Shown: positions 40,943 through 50,818 of the stretch, piece by piece | Layout of the letters: every line of letters starts with the position of its first letter | How positions within the stretch are numbered: position 1 is the stretch's first letter | Source of the DNA: Candidatus Terraquivivens tengchongensis | GTDB lineage: Archaea; Thermoproteota; Nitrososphaeria_A; Caldarchaeales; Wolframiiraptoraceae | Direction: 5' to 3' | NCBI GenBank assembly: GCA_023261845.1 | Contig: JALNJZ010000001.1 | Coordinates: 64,001 to 128,000, forward strand | DNA: 64,000 nt | The notes under the pieces: generated by a model | The model's database searches: none | Told to the model about the DNA's origin: nothing | What the model saw: the letters and a program-made list of their open reading frames with translations, nothing else | Made by a program: the position numbers and the translations under genes

Positions 40943-40956
40943 CGCCCCAAACCTCG

Positions 40957-42897
40957 GTGGGTTTTATGGAAATATCAGTTCTTGAACTTTCCGTTTTGTT
41001 AAAGGAGATGTCGGATGTCCTACTTGGGTGCATAGTGGATAACGTGTATCAGCTTGAGGATGGTAGTATAATCCTTAAGCTCAAGGGTAAAGAAAGTGAT
41101 TATGAGCTCAGGGCCTCTGCTGGCAAGTGTTTGTACTTCACACCTCACACCTATCCAAAACCGAAGACACCAACAAGCCTCGCCATGAAACTCAGGAGGT
41201 TCCTGAACGGGAGTAGACTCAAGTGTTTGGAACAGATGAGCAACGAAAGGATTGCCATCCTATGTTTTGAACGGGATAGTAATTTGAAACTAATTGTAGA
41301 ACTCATGCCCAAAGGAAACATAGTGCTCATAGATGAAACGAACAAAATCCTCGTTGCTCTCTTCCACATTAAGATGAAAGATAGAGAAATAGCGGTAGGA
41401 AAGCATTACGCACCACCCCCACCTAGGTTCTCGTTGACAGATGGTGTTGATGTAAAAAAGATCATGATTAGTGCCGACTCCAAAAAGAAACTGGTGTCTT
41501 GGTTGGCCTCGGAGTTAGGGCTGGGTGGTAAGTATGTTGAGGAAGTAGTCGTGTTAGCAAACGTTGACAAGCACGTACCGGTCCATATGCTTGACGAGGG
41601 TGAAAGACGCAGGGTCGCTGAAGCTATTGAGCGCGTGCTTATCGCATTCAGAGAACCAAAACCCCATATAGCAAGGCGCGACTCAGATGTCAAAGCCGCC
41701 CCATTTATCCTGAAGAGTCTAGAGCAGAACGGCTACTCTTTCGAGTCGGTTAATTCGTTCAATGAGGCTGTTGCGGCAGAATACGAGAGGTACTTAGTAA
41801 AGGAATATGAAGAGAAGGTCTTGAGCGACCTCAAGCAGAAGTTAAAGGAAATTCAGGAAAGCATAGAGGCGAAGAAGGCCGCGATTAAAGAATTGGAGGC
41901 AAAGATTGAACGCACCAAGACTATTGCAGAAAGGCTTTTTCTAGTGTTACATGAAGCAGAAAGCTTTAGGCAATCGATTAAGGAAGGGAGTACCAAATCT
42001 ACAGACGTGCTAAAACTTATCAGCATAGATAGAGCGAGGGGCTTGGCCATAGTCTCTCTCAACGGTTTCGAATTTGAGCTTTCGTTGAACGAGTCGATTC
42101 CTCGACAGGTTGATAAGATGTTTGATGAAGTGAAGAGGTTAAGGTTAGCAAAGGAGAGGATATTGAGCGAGCTAAACGAGCTAGAATCTGAGATTTCAAA
42201 GATAACGAGCGAGCTCGAATCGAAGAAGACGTCGAGTTTCGAGCATGTTAAACATAAAGTGCGTGAAAAGAAGAAGTGGTTCGAAAAATTCAGATGGTTC
42301 GAGACGTCCGAGGGGTTCCTGGCAGTTGCTGGTAAGGATGCGACTTCCAACATCGCCCTACTTAGAAAGCATCTGCAACCCGAGGACCTAGTTTTTCATG
42401 CTGAAATAACAGGCGCTCCTGTCGTCATCTTAAAGGGAGGCAGCATGGCTAGTGAGCGCTCGATAGAAGAGGTAGCTCAGTTTGCTGCATCCTATAGTAG
42501 GGCATGGCGTGAGGGGCTATCATCGATTAACGTTTATTACGTTAGACCTGAACAAGTGTCTTTCTCAGCACCATCTGGAGAATATCTCCCAAAGGGTTCA
42601 TTCATTGTTACAGGTAAGAAGAATTACATTAAGACAAGGTTGGCAGTGGCATTTGGTCTTCGTAAAAGTGATGGAGCTTGCGAAGTAATCCATGGACCCA
42701 CATCTGCGGTAGCGGCCAAGTCTAAAGCCTTTGTTGAGGTAGTACCTGGTAATGAGGGGGCGGGTAGCTTATCGCTAAAGATAGTTGATTTGTTATGCCG
42801 TCAGGCAGGATATGGGCTCAGCGATGAGGAGAAGCGTCCTTTAGCCGCACTGATAGCCCAATTGATACCCTACGGGAAGGGTACTCTACAGAGGTAA
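40957..42897 (+). CDS. rqcH: Ribosome quality control factor RqcH/NEMF (NFACT)
   Basis: NFACT-N (LIVELM..GNIVL), coiled coil, WFEKFRWF, GKDA..N, FHAEI.GAP, GEYLPKGSF. Confidence 0.92.
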   Translation: MGFMEISVLELSVLLKEMSDVLLGCIVDNVYQLEDGSIILKLKGKESDYELRASAGKCLYFTPHTYPKPKTPTSLAMKLRRFLNGSRLKCLEQMSNERIAILCFERDSNLKLIVELMPKGNIVLIDETNKILVALFHIKMKDREIAVGKHYAPPPPRFSLTDGVDVKKIMISADSKKKLVSWLASELGLGGKYVEEVVVLANVDKHVPVHMLDEGERRRVAEAIERVLIAFREPKPHIARRDSDVKAAPFILKSLEQNGYSFESVNSFNEAVAAEYERYLVKEYEEKVLSDLKQKLKEIQESIEAKKAAIKELEAKIERTKTIAERLFLVLHEAESFRQSIKEGSTKSTDVLKLISIDRARGLAIVSLNGFEFELSLNESIPRQVDKMFDEVKRLRLAKERILSELNELESEISKITSELESKKTSSFEHVKHKVREKKKWFEKFRWFETSEGFLAVAGKDATSNIALLRKHLQPEDLVFHAEITGAPVVILKGGSMASERSIEEVAQFAASYSRAWREGLSSINVYYVRPEQVSFSAPSGEYLPKGSFIVTGKKNYIKTRLAVAFGLRKSDGACEVIHGPTSAVAAKSKAFVEVVPGNEGAGSLSLKIVDLLCRQAGYGLSDEEKRPLAALIAQLIPYGKGTLQR

Positions 42898-42944
42898 CAA
42901 CAAATTTAATATTCAACACCAATCACTAACCATACAGAGGTCGA

Positions 42945-43532
42945 ATGGTTAAACCAGCATCGCTTGCGGAAGAATTAAGGGTTAAGGACATAATGAGCAG
43001 CCCTGTGATTGATGCCGATGTTGAGGAAACTGCAGAGGATGTTGCAAACAAGATGGTGCGCTATGACATAGGTAGCGTGGTGGTGACTGAGAAGGGCTTT
43101 CCGGTCGGTATAATAACTAAAAGGGACTTGGTATATAAGGTCGTTGCGAAGAACCTGAAACCGAACGAAGTTAAGGCCAAGGACATAATGAGCAGTCCCA
43201 TACATGTTGCAAGCCCAGATGACCTAATAGACAACGCTTTAAAGGAGATGAATAAGCTGAAGATCGACCATCTCGCGGTCGTTCATAAGGATAAGCTTGT
43301 AGGCATAATCAGCACGACCGATATCTTGCAGGTAACGCCTGAGATACTGGAGATTGTTAGAGAAAAGATGAGAATGGGTAACGTGAGAGTTAGCGGTGAG
43401 ACCTACATAGAAGGATTTTGTGATGCTTGTGGTGAATGGTCGGATATGTTGCTTAGAGTTGACGACCAATACTTATGCGAAGATTGCAGAATGGAGCTAG
43501 AAAGGAGGGGCGGAGAAGAGACAGAGAGTTGA
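42945..43532 (+). CDS. CBS-pair protein with C-terminal zinc ribbon
   Basis: VKDIMS.P, GIITKRD; CDAC..CEDC. Confidence 0.88.
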   Translation: MVKPASLAEELRVKDIMSSPVIDADVEETAEDVANKMVRYDIGSVVVTEKGFPVGIITKRDLVYKVVAKNLKPNEVKAKDIMSSPIHVASPDDLIDNALKEMNKLKIDHLAVVHKDKLVGIISTTDILQVTPEILEIVREKMRMGNVRVSGETYIEGFCDACGEWSDMLLRVDDQYLCEDCRMELERRGGEETES

Positions 43533-43969
43533 TTCAAGAGAAGAGGTTCTTGGTCAACTCCATGTTGGGAAGTCTTGTAACTTGGCTTAGAATTCTAGGC
43601 TATGATACAGAATACTGGAAGGGCGAAGATAAGGAAATGATTGAGGTGGCGAAGAAGGAGGGCAGAATAATTTTAACAAAGGACAAGGGTGTTGTGAAAT
43701 CTGCTGAGAAGAACGGCATACCTGTGCTCGGTTTAACGGATTCGGATATACCGGAAGCTCTTGCGACCGTTGCCGAAGCTTTTGAGATAAGCTTAGAATT
43801 TGACGGAAAAAGGACACGTTGTCCTATATGCAATACACCCTTAAAGAGTTACGGCTCCCGTTGGTTCTGCGAAGGATGCGGTAAGGAATACTGGATAGGG
43901 AGTCATTGGGTCGATATAAGCAGGAAGCTCTCGGAGGCAAGAAGGATATACTTGGAACGCAAAGTTTAA
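43475..43969 (+). CDS. Mut7-C RNase domain protein (likely start TTG 43529)
   Basis: MLG.L..WLRILGYDT, RIILTKD, RCPICN, C..CG..YW.GSHW. Confidence 0.85.
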   Translation: MRRLQNGARKEGRRRDRELIQEKRFLVNSMLGSLVTWLRILGYDTEYWKGEDKEMIEVAKKEGRIILTKDKGVVKSAEKNGIPVLGLTDSDIPEALATVAEAFEISLEFDGKRTRCPICNTPLKSYGSRWFCEGCGKEYWIGSHWVDISRKLSEARRIYLERKV

Positions 43970-44020
43970 GACAACGATACATTAAAACAGATAATAATAA
44001 GCTCTTCAACATTCTGCCCG

Positions 44021-44641
44021 ATGGGTATGCTAAGCTTGGACGATGGTATAAAGATTGTAAGGCTTGCAAGGACAGCAATAGAAGAGTATCTAAAATCTAA
44101 CAAGATATATACAGTAGCCGAAGAGTGGGGAATTCCAAAAAAGGAAACAGGAGTGTTCGTCTCACTTTACACATATCCTGAAGGTGAGCTCAGGGGTTGT
44201 ATAGGCTTTCCTCTACCCGTGATGAGTCTTCCAGAAGCTGTGGTGAAGGCCGCGATTGCTGCTGCAACTGAAGACCCCAGATTCCCACCTGTAGAACTCG
44301 CAGAGATGGATAAGATCGTGATAGAGGCGAGTGTGCTGAGCGTTCCAGAGAAAATAGAGTTCATGAATCCAAGGGAGTTACCTTCCAAAATTCTCATAGG
44401 GAGGGACGGTCTGATGATAAAGAGTAGTCGAGGTTCTGGGCTACTCCTTCCTCAAGTGCCAGTAGAGTATGGATGGGATGCTGAGGAGTTTCTATGCCAT
44501 CTTTGCATTAAGGCGGGCCTGCCTGCTACTTACTGGTTGACTGGGAAATTTGATATTTACAGATTCACGGCTGAGATATTCGCTGAAGAGAGCCCGAGAG
44601 GGAAAGTTGTCAAGAAAGAGCTGAAGGGTTGTGAAGTTTGA
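44021..44641 (+). CDS. AMMECR1-family protein
   Basis: GVFV, LRGCIG, AATEDPRF, GLLLPQV, C.KAG. Confidence 0.93.
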   Translation: MGMLSLDDGIKIVRLARTAIEEYLKSNKIYTVAEEWGIPKKETGVFVSLYTYPEGELRGCIGFPLPVMSLPEAVVKAAIAAATEDPRFPPVELAEMDKIVIEASVLSVPEKIEFMNPRELPSKILIGRDGLMIKSSRGSGLLLPQVPVEYGWDAEEFLCHLCIKAGLPATYWLTGKFDIYRFTAEIFAEESPRGKVVKKELKGCEV

Positions 44642-45801
44642 GGGCGTACTTCGGCATCTGTGGAATCGGCATGGGCCATGCCGCCAGGAGTTCGCTTCTC
44701 ATTAAGGCGTTAGTGAAGAATGGATGGGAGGTTGCAGTTTCAAGCTACAGTGATGGTGCAGAATATCTCGAGGCTATCGGCATCCCGGTCAACAAGGTTG
44801 ATCCAGTATCTTATGGTGTCCTTCCGGACGGCAAGGTTAGCATAAAGCTAACGATATTTAAAAACCTTCATCTTCCGCTTAAGGTATCTCTCCAGACTGC
44901 GAGGGAAGTTTCCAGCATATCTTGTTTTGGCCCATCCGTTGTCATCTCCGATACTAGGGTATCGACGGTCATAGCTGCAAAGTTATTGGAACATCCTGTT
45001 GTGCTGATACTCAACCAATTTAATGTATTAGTAGAATACCATAAGTACAAGACGCTAGTAGAGCTCGTCGAGAACGGTGCACAACTCGTCACTAAGTTTT
45101 GGGAGATGGCAGATAAAATCGTGATATCGGACTTTCCGCCACCTTACACGATTTCGCGGATGAACCTTGCGCTGAGCGATGTCGCAAAGTCGAAGAGCAC
45201 ATTCGTCGGTCCGTTGTTTGAGGTGCCGAGGCAAAAACTGTCAACAAAAGACGAAGTACGTAAAAAGTACGGAATACCATCGGGGAAGCCATTAATTTTT
45301 GCGCATATTAGTGGGCCTATATTCGAGAAGACTGTACTTGCCGAGAAGCTTGTTAGAATCGTTAGAAAACTGGATAGATACTTCTTCGTTATAACTCTCG
45401 CAGAACCAAAAGCTCCTAACATAAAGAGGGAGGAGAATATGCTACTCATGAATTGGGTCGAAAATCCGGACGAGCTTTACGATGCATCCGATGTCGTCAT
45501 ATCAAGATCAGGACATGGAAGTATCGTTAGGGCGCTAGCATTCGGAAAGCCCATGGTCCTGATACCCATAAGGGCTCATGGTGAGCAGAAGTCAAACGCA
45601 GAGTCCGTTGCAAAGCACGGCGCCGGAATAGTAATCAATGAAGATGAGTTAAACGAGGAAGTCCTCGGACATGCATTAGATAGAATTCTTACCGATGATG
45701 CGTATTCGAGAAATGTTCTCTCTTTCAAGAGGTTGATGGAGAAGCTTGATCCAGTAAACGTTACTGTCTCGATAATTGAGGAATTAGCGCATAAGCCTTA
45801 A
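44638..45801 (+). CDS. GT28/MurG-like glycosyltransferase
   Basis: G.GMGHAAR, VGP, ISRSGHGS, P...H.EQ..NA. Confidence 0.85.
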   Translation: MRAYFGICGIGMGHAARSSLLIKALVKNGWEVAVSSYSDGAEYLEAIGIPVNKVDPVSYGVLPDGKVSIKLTIFKNLHLPLKVSLQTAREVSSISCFGPSVVISDTRVSTVIAAKLLEHPVVLILNQFNVLVEYHKYKTLVELVENGAQLVTKFWEMADKIVISDFPPPYTISRMNLALSDVAKSKSTFVGPLFEVPRQKLSTKDEVRKKYGIPSGKPLIFAHISGPIFEKTVLAEKLVRIVRKLDRYFFVITLAEPKAPNIKREENMLLMNWVENPDELYDASDVVISRSGHGSIVRALAFGKPMVLIPIRAHGEQKSNAESVAKHGAGIVINEDELNEEVLGHALDRILTDDAYSRNVLSFKRLMEKLDPVNVTVSIIEELAHKP

Positions 45802-46344
45802 CCATTCAGCAAGCAGTCTAACAGATTTCCCCCTATGCGATACTGCATTCTTCTCCTCAACACTCATCTCGGCGAAAGTCCTTCCATCACCTTCTTCTGG
45901 TATGAATATCGGGTCAAAGCCAAATCCGCTTAACCCCCTAGGCTCATGGGAAATTCTTCCGACACATACACCGCTGAACAACACGGGAGGTTCTCTGGAT
46001 AACTTGCAGGCTATGCAGGATTTGAAGTGTGCCGCCCTGTTTTCTTCATATTCCATCAACTTCAGTATACCGGCGACACCTATCGTTCTATAGACGTAGG
46101 ATGAATAGGGTCCTGGAAAACCGTTTAGGCGCTCGATGAAAAGGCCAGCATCTTCGACGAACACGGGTTCCTTCAAAATCTCATGAGCTTCTTCGCAACT
46201 CCTCATCGCTATCTCCTCGAGAGAGTCGGATTGTATCTCGGTGAGCTTTATTGCGCGTACGTCTATCTCTATACCGAGGGGTTTCAACAAACTCTTAACC
46301 TCATTCGCCTTTCCCGTATTCGTCGTCACGAAAGTTAGCCTCAA
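45784..46344 (-). CDS. rdgB: Non-canonical purine NTP pyrophosphatase (HAM1/RdgB)
   Basis: VTTN.GK, EDAGL, GFPGPYS, GFGFDPIF, KN..SHR. Confidence 0.95.
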   Translation of the reverse strand: MRLTFVTTNTGKANEVKSLLKPLGIEIDVRAIKLTEIQSDSLEEIAMRSCEEAHEILKEPVFVEDAGLFIERLNGFPGPYSSYVYRTIGVAGILKLMEYEENRAAHFKSCIACKLSREPPVLFSGVCVGRISHEPRGLSGFGFDPIFIPEEGDGRTFAEMSVEEKNAVSHRGKSVRLLAEWLRLMR

Positions 46345-47006
46345 CGCTTTCTCATCTCCCTCTCCACGTATCTCCCCCTCGACTCTATATCCTTAACTTT
46401 TTTCAAGACATCGTTTAGCATATCGCCCATGACTGTCCTGTAACCTTCTAAGAAACACTGCATAAATCCGTCCTTTACGTTGTAATGCGTGCTCTGGAGA
46501 GACCTGTCAAGTAGGTGGATGTCAACTGCGAACTCCTCGATATCCTTGGTAAAAGTTGCCAAGCCGAAGTCAACGAGGTAAGGATTCATTTGCTCATCAA
46601 CGATAACGTTGGAGAGCGTCAAGTCACCATGCGCTATACCGCCGTTGTGCAACATACCCGTAAGGACACCAACACGTCTCGCGAGTTTTGATAGATCTTC
46701 TTGGTTTAAGTTCCCTATGATGTCCCTTGCCTCTATTCCGCGTATCCTTTGCATGTATATCGTTGCATCTTCTAAATCTACGAGGATTATCACTGGGCAT
46801 GCCACACCATACTTCTTAGCCTCGGAGATTATTCTTGCTTCGGAGACCGTCCTTTGCATCCTTATCTCCTTGTCCAGCAAAGGATGCCTGTAAGACTTGG
46901 GCACCCTCCTCTTCGCTATGAGCTCCATACCATTCCAGTTTAGCGCATAGATCGTTGCCTCAGCACCAAGCCTTATGATCGCTGTCGGTTCTCCCAATCT
47001 CAGCAA
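46341..47006 (-). CDS. bud32: KEOPS kinase Bud32
   Basis: GAEA, KRR.PK.YRHP.LD, HGDLT.SN, DFGL, RGRY. Confidence 0.95.
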   Translation of the reverse strand: MLRLGEPTAIIRLGAEATIYALNWNGMELIAKRRVPKSYRHPLLDKEIRMQRTVSEARIISEAKKYGVACPVIILVDLEDATIYMQRIRGIEARDIIGNLNQEDLSKLARRVGVLTGMLHNGGIAHGDLTLSNVIVDEQMNPYLVDFGLATFTKDIEEFAVDIHLLDRSLQSTHYNVKDGFMQCFLEGYRTVMGDMLNDVLKKVKDIESRGRYVEREMRKR

Positions 47007-47013
47007 TCCATCT

Positions 47014-48045
47014 TCACCTGAACCATCTGACTTCTGTCTCGTCTATCCTCATCCTCGGCTTAATCCTACTATCCTCAACATCAACAACCATGCCGAACAT
47101 GAGGTGTAAGATGCCGTTCCAAGCTATCATCGCGCCGTTATCTCCGGCGTACTCGTCAGGTATTGTATAAACTTTGGCTCCGCGTTCTCTTGCCATAGTG
47201 TCGAGCATACCCTTTAACCTCTTGCTCCTCGCAAGACCGCCGACCACGAGTATCTCGTTTTTTGCGGTGTAAGCAACAGCCCTCTCAGTCACCTCGGTCA
47301 GCATACTGTAGACTGTCTCCGTCAAGCCGTAGCAGACGTCCTCCAGCGCTACTCCCTGTTTAAGCTTCAAAAGTGCAGCAGTCAGCAGACCAGAGAAGGA
47401 CACATCCATACCCTTAACCGCGTAAGGGAGTTGGACGAATGATTTTGCTTTCTCCGCCACAACCTCCGGCATAGGCATAGGACCTATGCCTGCTTTTATG
47501 CCGAAGGTATCGAGGCAATTGCCAGCCGCTATGTCCAACGTTTCACCGAATATTCTGTACCTTCCTGCGTTGAATGCTGCTACCAGCGTGTTACCACCAG
47601 CCACATAAAGGACTACTGGGTCTCTGCAACCCGTGACCAACCTTCCGATCTCAATATGGGCAACACCGTGGTTCACGGCTATGAGGGGTTTATTGAGGCT
47701 GAGGGCGAGTGTCCTGGCTATAGTTGCACCAGTCCTTAAGCAGGGCCCAAGACCAGGCCCAACAGAGAACGCTATGCCGTCCAACTCGCTGAGGGAGACA
47801 CCTGCTTTAGATATACTAGTTCTAAGGATCTCAGGAGCTACACGCGAATGGTGCTGCGCTGCCTCCCTCGGATGTATACCCCCTTTAGAAGGCCTGTAGA
47901 CTTTATTCTCATTGGCCAATATCCGGCCGTCTGACGACACTATACCCACGCCGAAGGTGTGGGCTGTTGACTCTATGCCAAGGACTATTTTTGTGCCTTC
48001 CCTCAACCTTCTCTCAAAGAAGATTATGATTAAGGTGCTTATCAT
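47014..48045 (-). CDS. kae1: tRNA t6A synthase Kae1
   Basis: GIESTAHT, GIHPREAA.HH, GPG..PCL, NH..AHIE, GET.DI..GN, DNGAMIA. Confidence 0.96.
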   Translation of the reverse strand: MISTLIIIFFERRLREGTKIVLGIESTAHTFGVGIVSSDGRILANENKVYRPSKGGIHPREAAQHHSRVAPEILRTSISKAGVSLSELDGIAFSVGPGLGPCLRTGATIARTLALSLNKPLIAVNHGVAHIEIGRLVTGCRDPVVLYVAGGNTLVAAFNAGRYRIFGETLDIAAGNCLDTFGIKAGIGPMPMPEVVAEKAKSFVQLPYAVKGMDVSFSGLLTAALLKLKQGVALEDVCYGLTETVYSMLTEVTERAVAYTAKNEILVVGGLARSKRLKGMLDTMARERGAKVYTIPDEYAGDNGAMIAWNGILHLMFGMVVDVEDSRIKPRMRIDETEVRWFR

Positions 48046-48088
48046 TCTTGTGACTGCTCGCCGGCTAAAAAAGCAAAAGACCCATTAG

Positions 48089-49897
48089 ATGGCGGTCAAG
48101 GCTAATGATTGTGGACTTGACATGCGGCTGAGGCAGCCAATCGTGGTCGTGTTGGGGCACGTCGACCACGGCAAGACGAGCCTACTCGATAAGATGAGGG
48201 GCACGCTGGTAGCAGCAAGGGAGGCTGGCGGGATAACACAACACATAGGCGCAAGCCTCTTTCCGCTTGATGCAGTCATCTCGACGTGTAAGGCACTACT
48301 TGGAGAGATTAAGGTGCAGCTGAAGATTCCGGGCTTACTCTTCGTTGACACGCCGGGCCATGCGGCCTTCGCCAACTTGAGGAAAAGAGGAGGCTCGATA
48401 GCAGACTTGGCAATACTCGTCATTGACGTGACGAAAGGCATACAGGAACAGACGCTTGAAAGCTTGGAGTTGCTCAAGACGAGAAAGACACCGTTTGTCG
48501 TGGCCATGAATAAGATAGACTTGATACCAGGCTGGAAGTCCGTTGAATATGAGCCCTTCCCTAAAGCATTCCAAAGACAGAGCCAAGCCGTAAAGGATGA
48601 GCTCGAGCAGAGGGTCTACATGATAGTCGGCGAGCTGTCAAACCTTGGCTTCAGAGCAGACATCTACACTAGGATTACCTCATTCACCACTACGGTCGCC
48701 ATAGTTCCGGTGAGTGCCAAGAGCGGCGAAGGCATACCGGACCTACTCCTCGTACTTTTAGGTCTTGCCCAGGCGTTCATGAAAGAGCAGCTTACGCTCA
48801 ACGAAGATGCACCAGCAGAGGGTGTCGTGTTAGAGATAACAGAGGAGGAGGGGCTTGGTACGACAGTCAATGCAATAATATACGATGGTGTATTGAAGGT
48901 CGGCGACAAGGTAGCTCTACTTGGCCCAGATGGAGCGTTCACGACAAAGGTCAAGGCCATACTCATGCCAAAGCCCCTCGATGAGATGCGGGACCCGAGG
49001 GATAAGTTCAAGTCGGTAGAGCGCGTTTTGGCTGCTGCGGGTTTGAAACTAGTTGCTGAAGGGTTGGATAAAACGTATCCTGGTTCACCTATATACGTGA
49101 TTGGTCAGAAGGAAGAAGAGGTATTGGAGAGAATTACGAAAGAAGTTGGTGAGTTTAGGCTCTTTACAGATAAAGTGGGTGTCGTACTCAAGGCGGACAC
49201 TCTCGGCTCACTCGAGGCAGCCGTCAACTTTCTCCGTGAGAGAGGAGTGCAGATAAGGGTTGCCGACATAGGTGAGCTATCAAAGAGGGACATAGTTGAA
49301 GCAGAAGTAGTTAGGATGAAGGATGAGTTGAGCGGCGTCATCTTAGCATTCAACATCAGAGTTGATCCGGACCTTGAACGTGAGGCCAACAACAGGGGTA
49401 TCAGAATATTCAAATCGAACGTACTGTTCAGGTTAGTGGAAGAATACACAGATTGGGTGAAAAAGGAGAAGGAGAGAAGGGAGACTATTCAGTTCGAGTC
49501 CCTCACAAAGCCTGGCAAGATAAAGATACTTCCAGGTTATGTGTTCAGGAGGAGTAACCCGGCCATAGTGGGCGTGGAAGTCTTAGGTGGAAGGATTAAG
49601 CCGAAGTATACGTTGATGAATTCTGAGGGCAAACATGTTGGCACGATATCGCAGATACAGGACAAGGGTCAGAGCATACCAGAGGCCACAGCCGGTATGA
49701 GTGTCGCGATATCTATGAAGGAACCGACTATCGGAAGGCATGTGAAGGAAGGTGAAATACTTTATACAGTAATACCGGAAAACGAGGCACGGTTGCTCTT
49801 TAAGTCTTTCACCAATAGGTTAACGGAGGATGAAAAGGCGGTACTCGATGAGATAGCCCAGATAATCAGGAAGAATAACCCCCTCTGGGCTAGGTAA
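48089..49897 (+). CDS. infB: Translation initiation factor aIF5B/IF-2
   Basis: GHVDHGKT, EAGGITQHIGA, DTPGH, NKID. Confidence 0.97.
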   Translation: MAVKANDCGLDMRLRQPIVVVLGHVDHGKTSLLDKMRGTLVAAREAGGITQHIGASLFPLDAVISTCKALLGEIKVQLKIPGLLFVDTPGHAAFANLRKRGGSIADLAILVIDVTKGIQEQTLESLELLKTRKTPFVVAMNKIDLIPGWKSVEYEPFPKAFQRQSQAVKDELEQRVYMIVGELSNLGFRADIYTRITSFTTTVAIVPVSAKSGEGIPDLLLVLLGLAQAFMKEQLTLNEDAPAEGVVLEITEEEGLGTTVNAIIYDGVLKVGDKVALLGPDGAFTTKVKAILMPKPLDEMRDPRDKFKSVERVLAAAGLKLVAEGLDKTYPGSPIYVIGQKEEEVLERITKEVGEFRLFTDKVGVVLKADTLGSLEAAVNFLRERGVQIRVADIGELSKRDIVEAEVVRMKDELSGVILAFNIRVDPDLEREANNRGIRIFKSNVLFRLVEEYTDWVKKEKERRETIQFESLTKPGKIKILPGYVFRRSNPAIVGVEVLGGRIKPKYTLMNSEGKHVGTISQIQDKGQSIPEATAGMSVAISMKEPTIGRHVKEGEILYTVIPENEARLLFKSFTNRLTEDEKAVLDEIAQIIRKNNPLWAR

Positions 49898-49950
49898 TTG
49901 AGACTTATTAAGAACCTATTAGTTGACGGGTATAAAACGGAGGTGCCCCG

Positions 49951-50361
49951 TTGTCCGAGAAGAAGCCTGGTCCCAGGCTAGTCCTGTCTGAACCCTCCAC
50001 GGGTAAAGCGCAAACGATTCAACTGACACCACAACAGTTTTCGCTGTTCATAGGGAAGAAGATAGGCGATGAGCTAGATGGTTCAATACTCGGCAAGTCT
50101 GGCTTCAAAATCAGGATAACAGGTGGTACTGACGTAGACGGCTTCCCTATGAGACCAGACGTGAGCGGTCCAAGAAAAGTGAGAGTGCTCCTTTCTGGTG
50201 GCGTCGGCTTCCATCCAAGAGAGAAACCACCTTCCAAGAGAAAGAAGAAGAGGAACAGAAGAAAAAAAGAAGGTCTTAGAAAAAGGGTTACAGTGAGGGG
50301 AAACATGATAAGCGAGGCGATCGCGCAAATAAACGCGGTCCTAATACCTGCGAGCGGGTGA
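49951..50361 (+). CDS. rps6e: Ribosomal protein S6e
   Basis: IGKKIG, ITGG.D.DGFPMRPD, VRGN.I. Confidence 0.95.
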   Translation: MSEKKPGPRLVLSEPSTGKAQTIQLTPQQFSLFIGKKIGDELDGSILGKSGFKIRITGGTDVDGFPMRPDVSGPRKVRVLLSGGVGFHPREKPPSKRKKKRNRRKKEGLRKRVTVRGNMISEAIAQINAVLIPASG

Positions 50362-50666
50362 TGTTTATGGCCAAATTGTTGATAGCATCCGAATTTTATA
50401 ACAAGTTGCTCAATCGAAAGGATATTCAGATATTGATAGACTATGATGGTGCAACGCCCAAGAGAGATGAGGTTTTGAAGCTTATAGCGGAGTACCTGAA
50501 AGTATCGGAGGATAGAATAGCGATCGTCAAAATGGAGAACCTTTTTGGACAACATAGGCTCTCGGTACACTGCCATGTTTACGACACCGCGGAAGATATG
50601 AAAAAGTATGAGAGGAAGTACGTTTTGAAAAGGCAGGAGGTGGAGGTTTCTGGGAAGACAGGCTAA
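50358..50666 (+). CDS. rps24e: Ribosomal protein S24e
   Basis: N.LL.RK, ATP.R, FG, VYD, E..YVL.R. Confidence 0.9.
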   Translation: MMFMAKLLIASEFYNKLLNRKDIQILIDYDGATPKRDEVLKLIAEYLKVSEDRIAIVKMENLFGQHRLSVHCHVYDTAEDMKKYERKYVLKRQEVEVSGKTG

Positions 50667-50817
50667 ACTCTGGGCAAAGTACAAGCTTGAGGGGAATAAT
50701 CTGATGAAGAGCGTCCTTTTCTGCCCAAAGTGCGGAAAAGGTTACATAATGGCTGAGCATGCTGACAGATACACTTGTGGAAACTGTCATTACACAGAGT
50801 TTAAGAAGAAGGCATAA
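50650..50817 (+). CDS. rps27ae: Ribosomal protein S27ae (absent from ORF track; probable CTG start)
   Basis: Hand translation (M)GRQAKLWAKYKLEG...FCPKCGKGYIMAEHADRYTCGNCHYTEFKKKA*; GGAGG RBS upstream. Confidence 0.9.
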   Translation: MGRQAKLWAKYKLEGNNLMKSVLFCPKCGKGYIMAEHADRYTCGNCHYTEFKKKA

Positions 50818-50818
50818 A

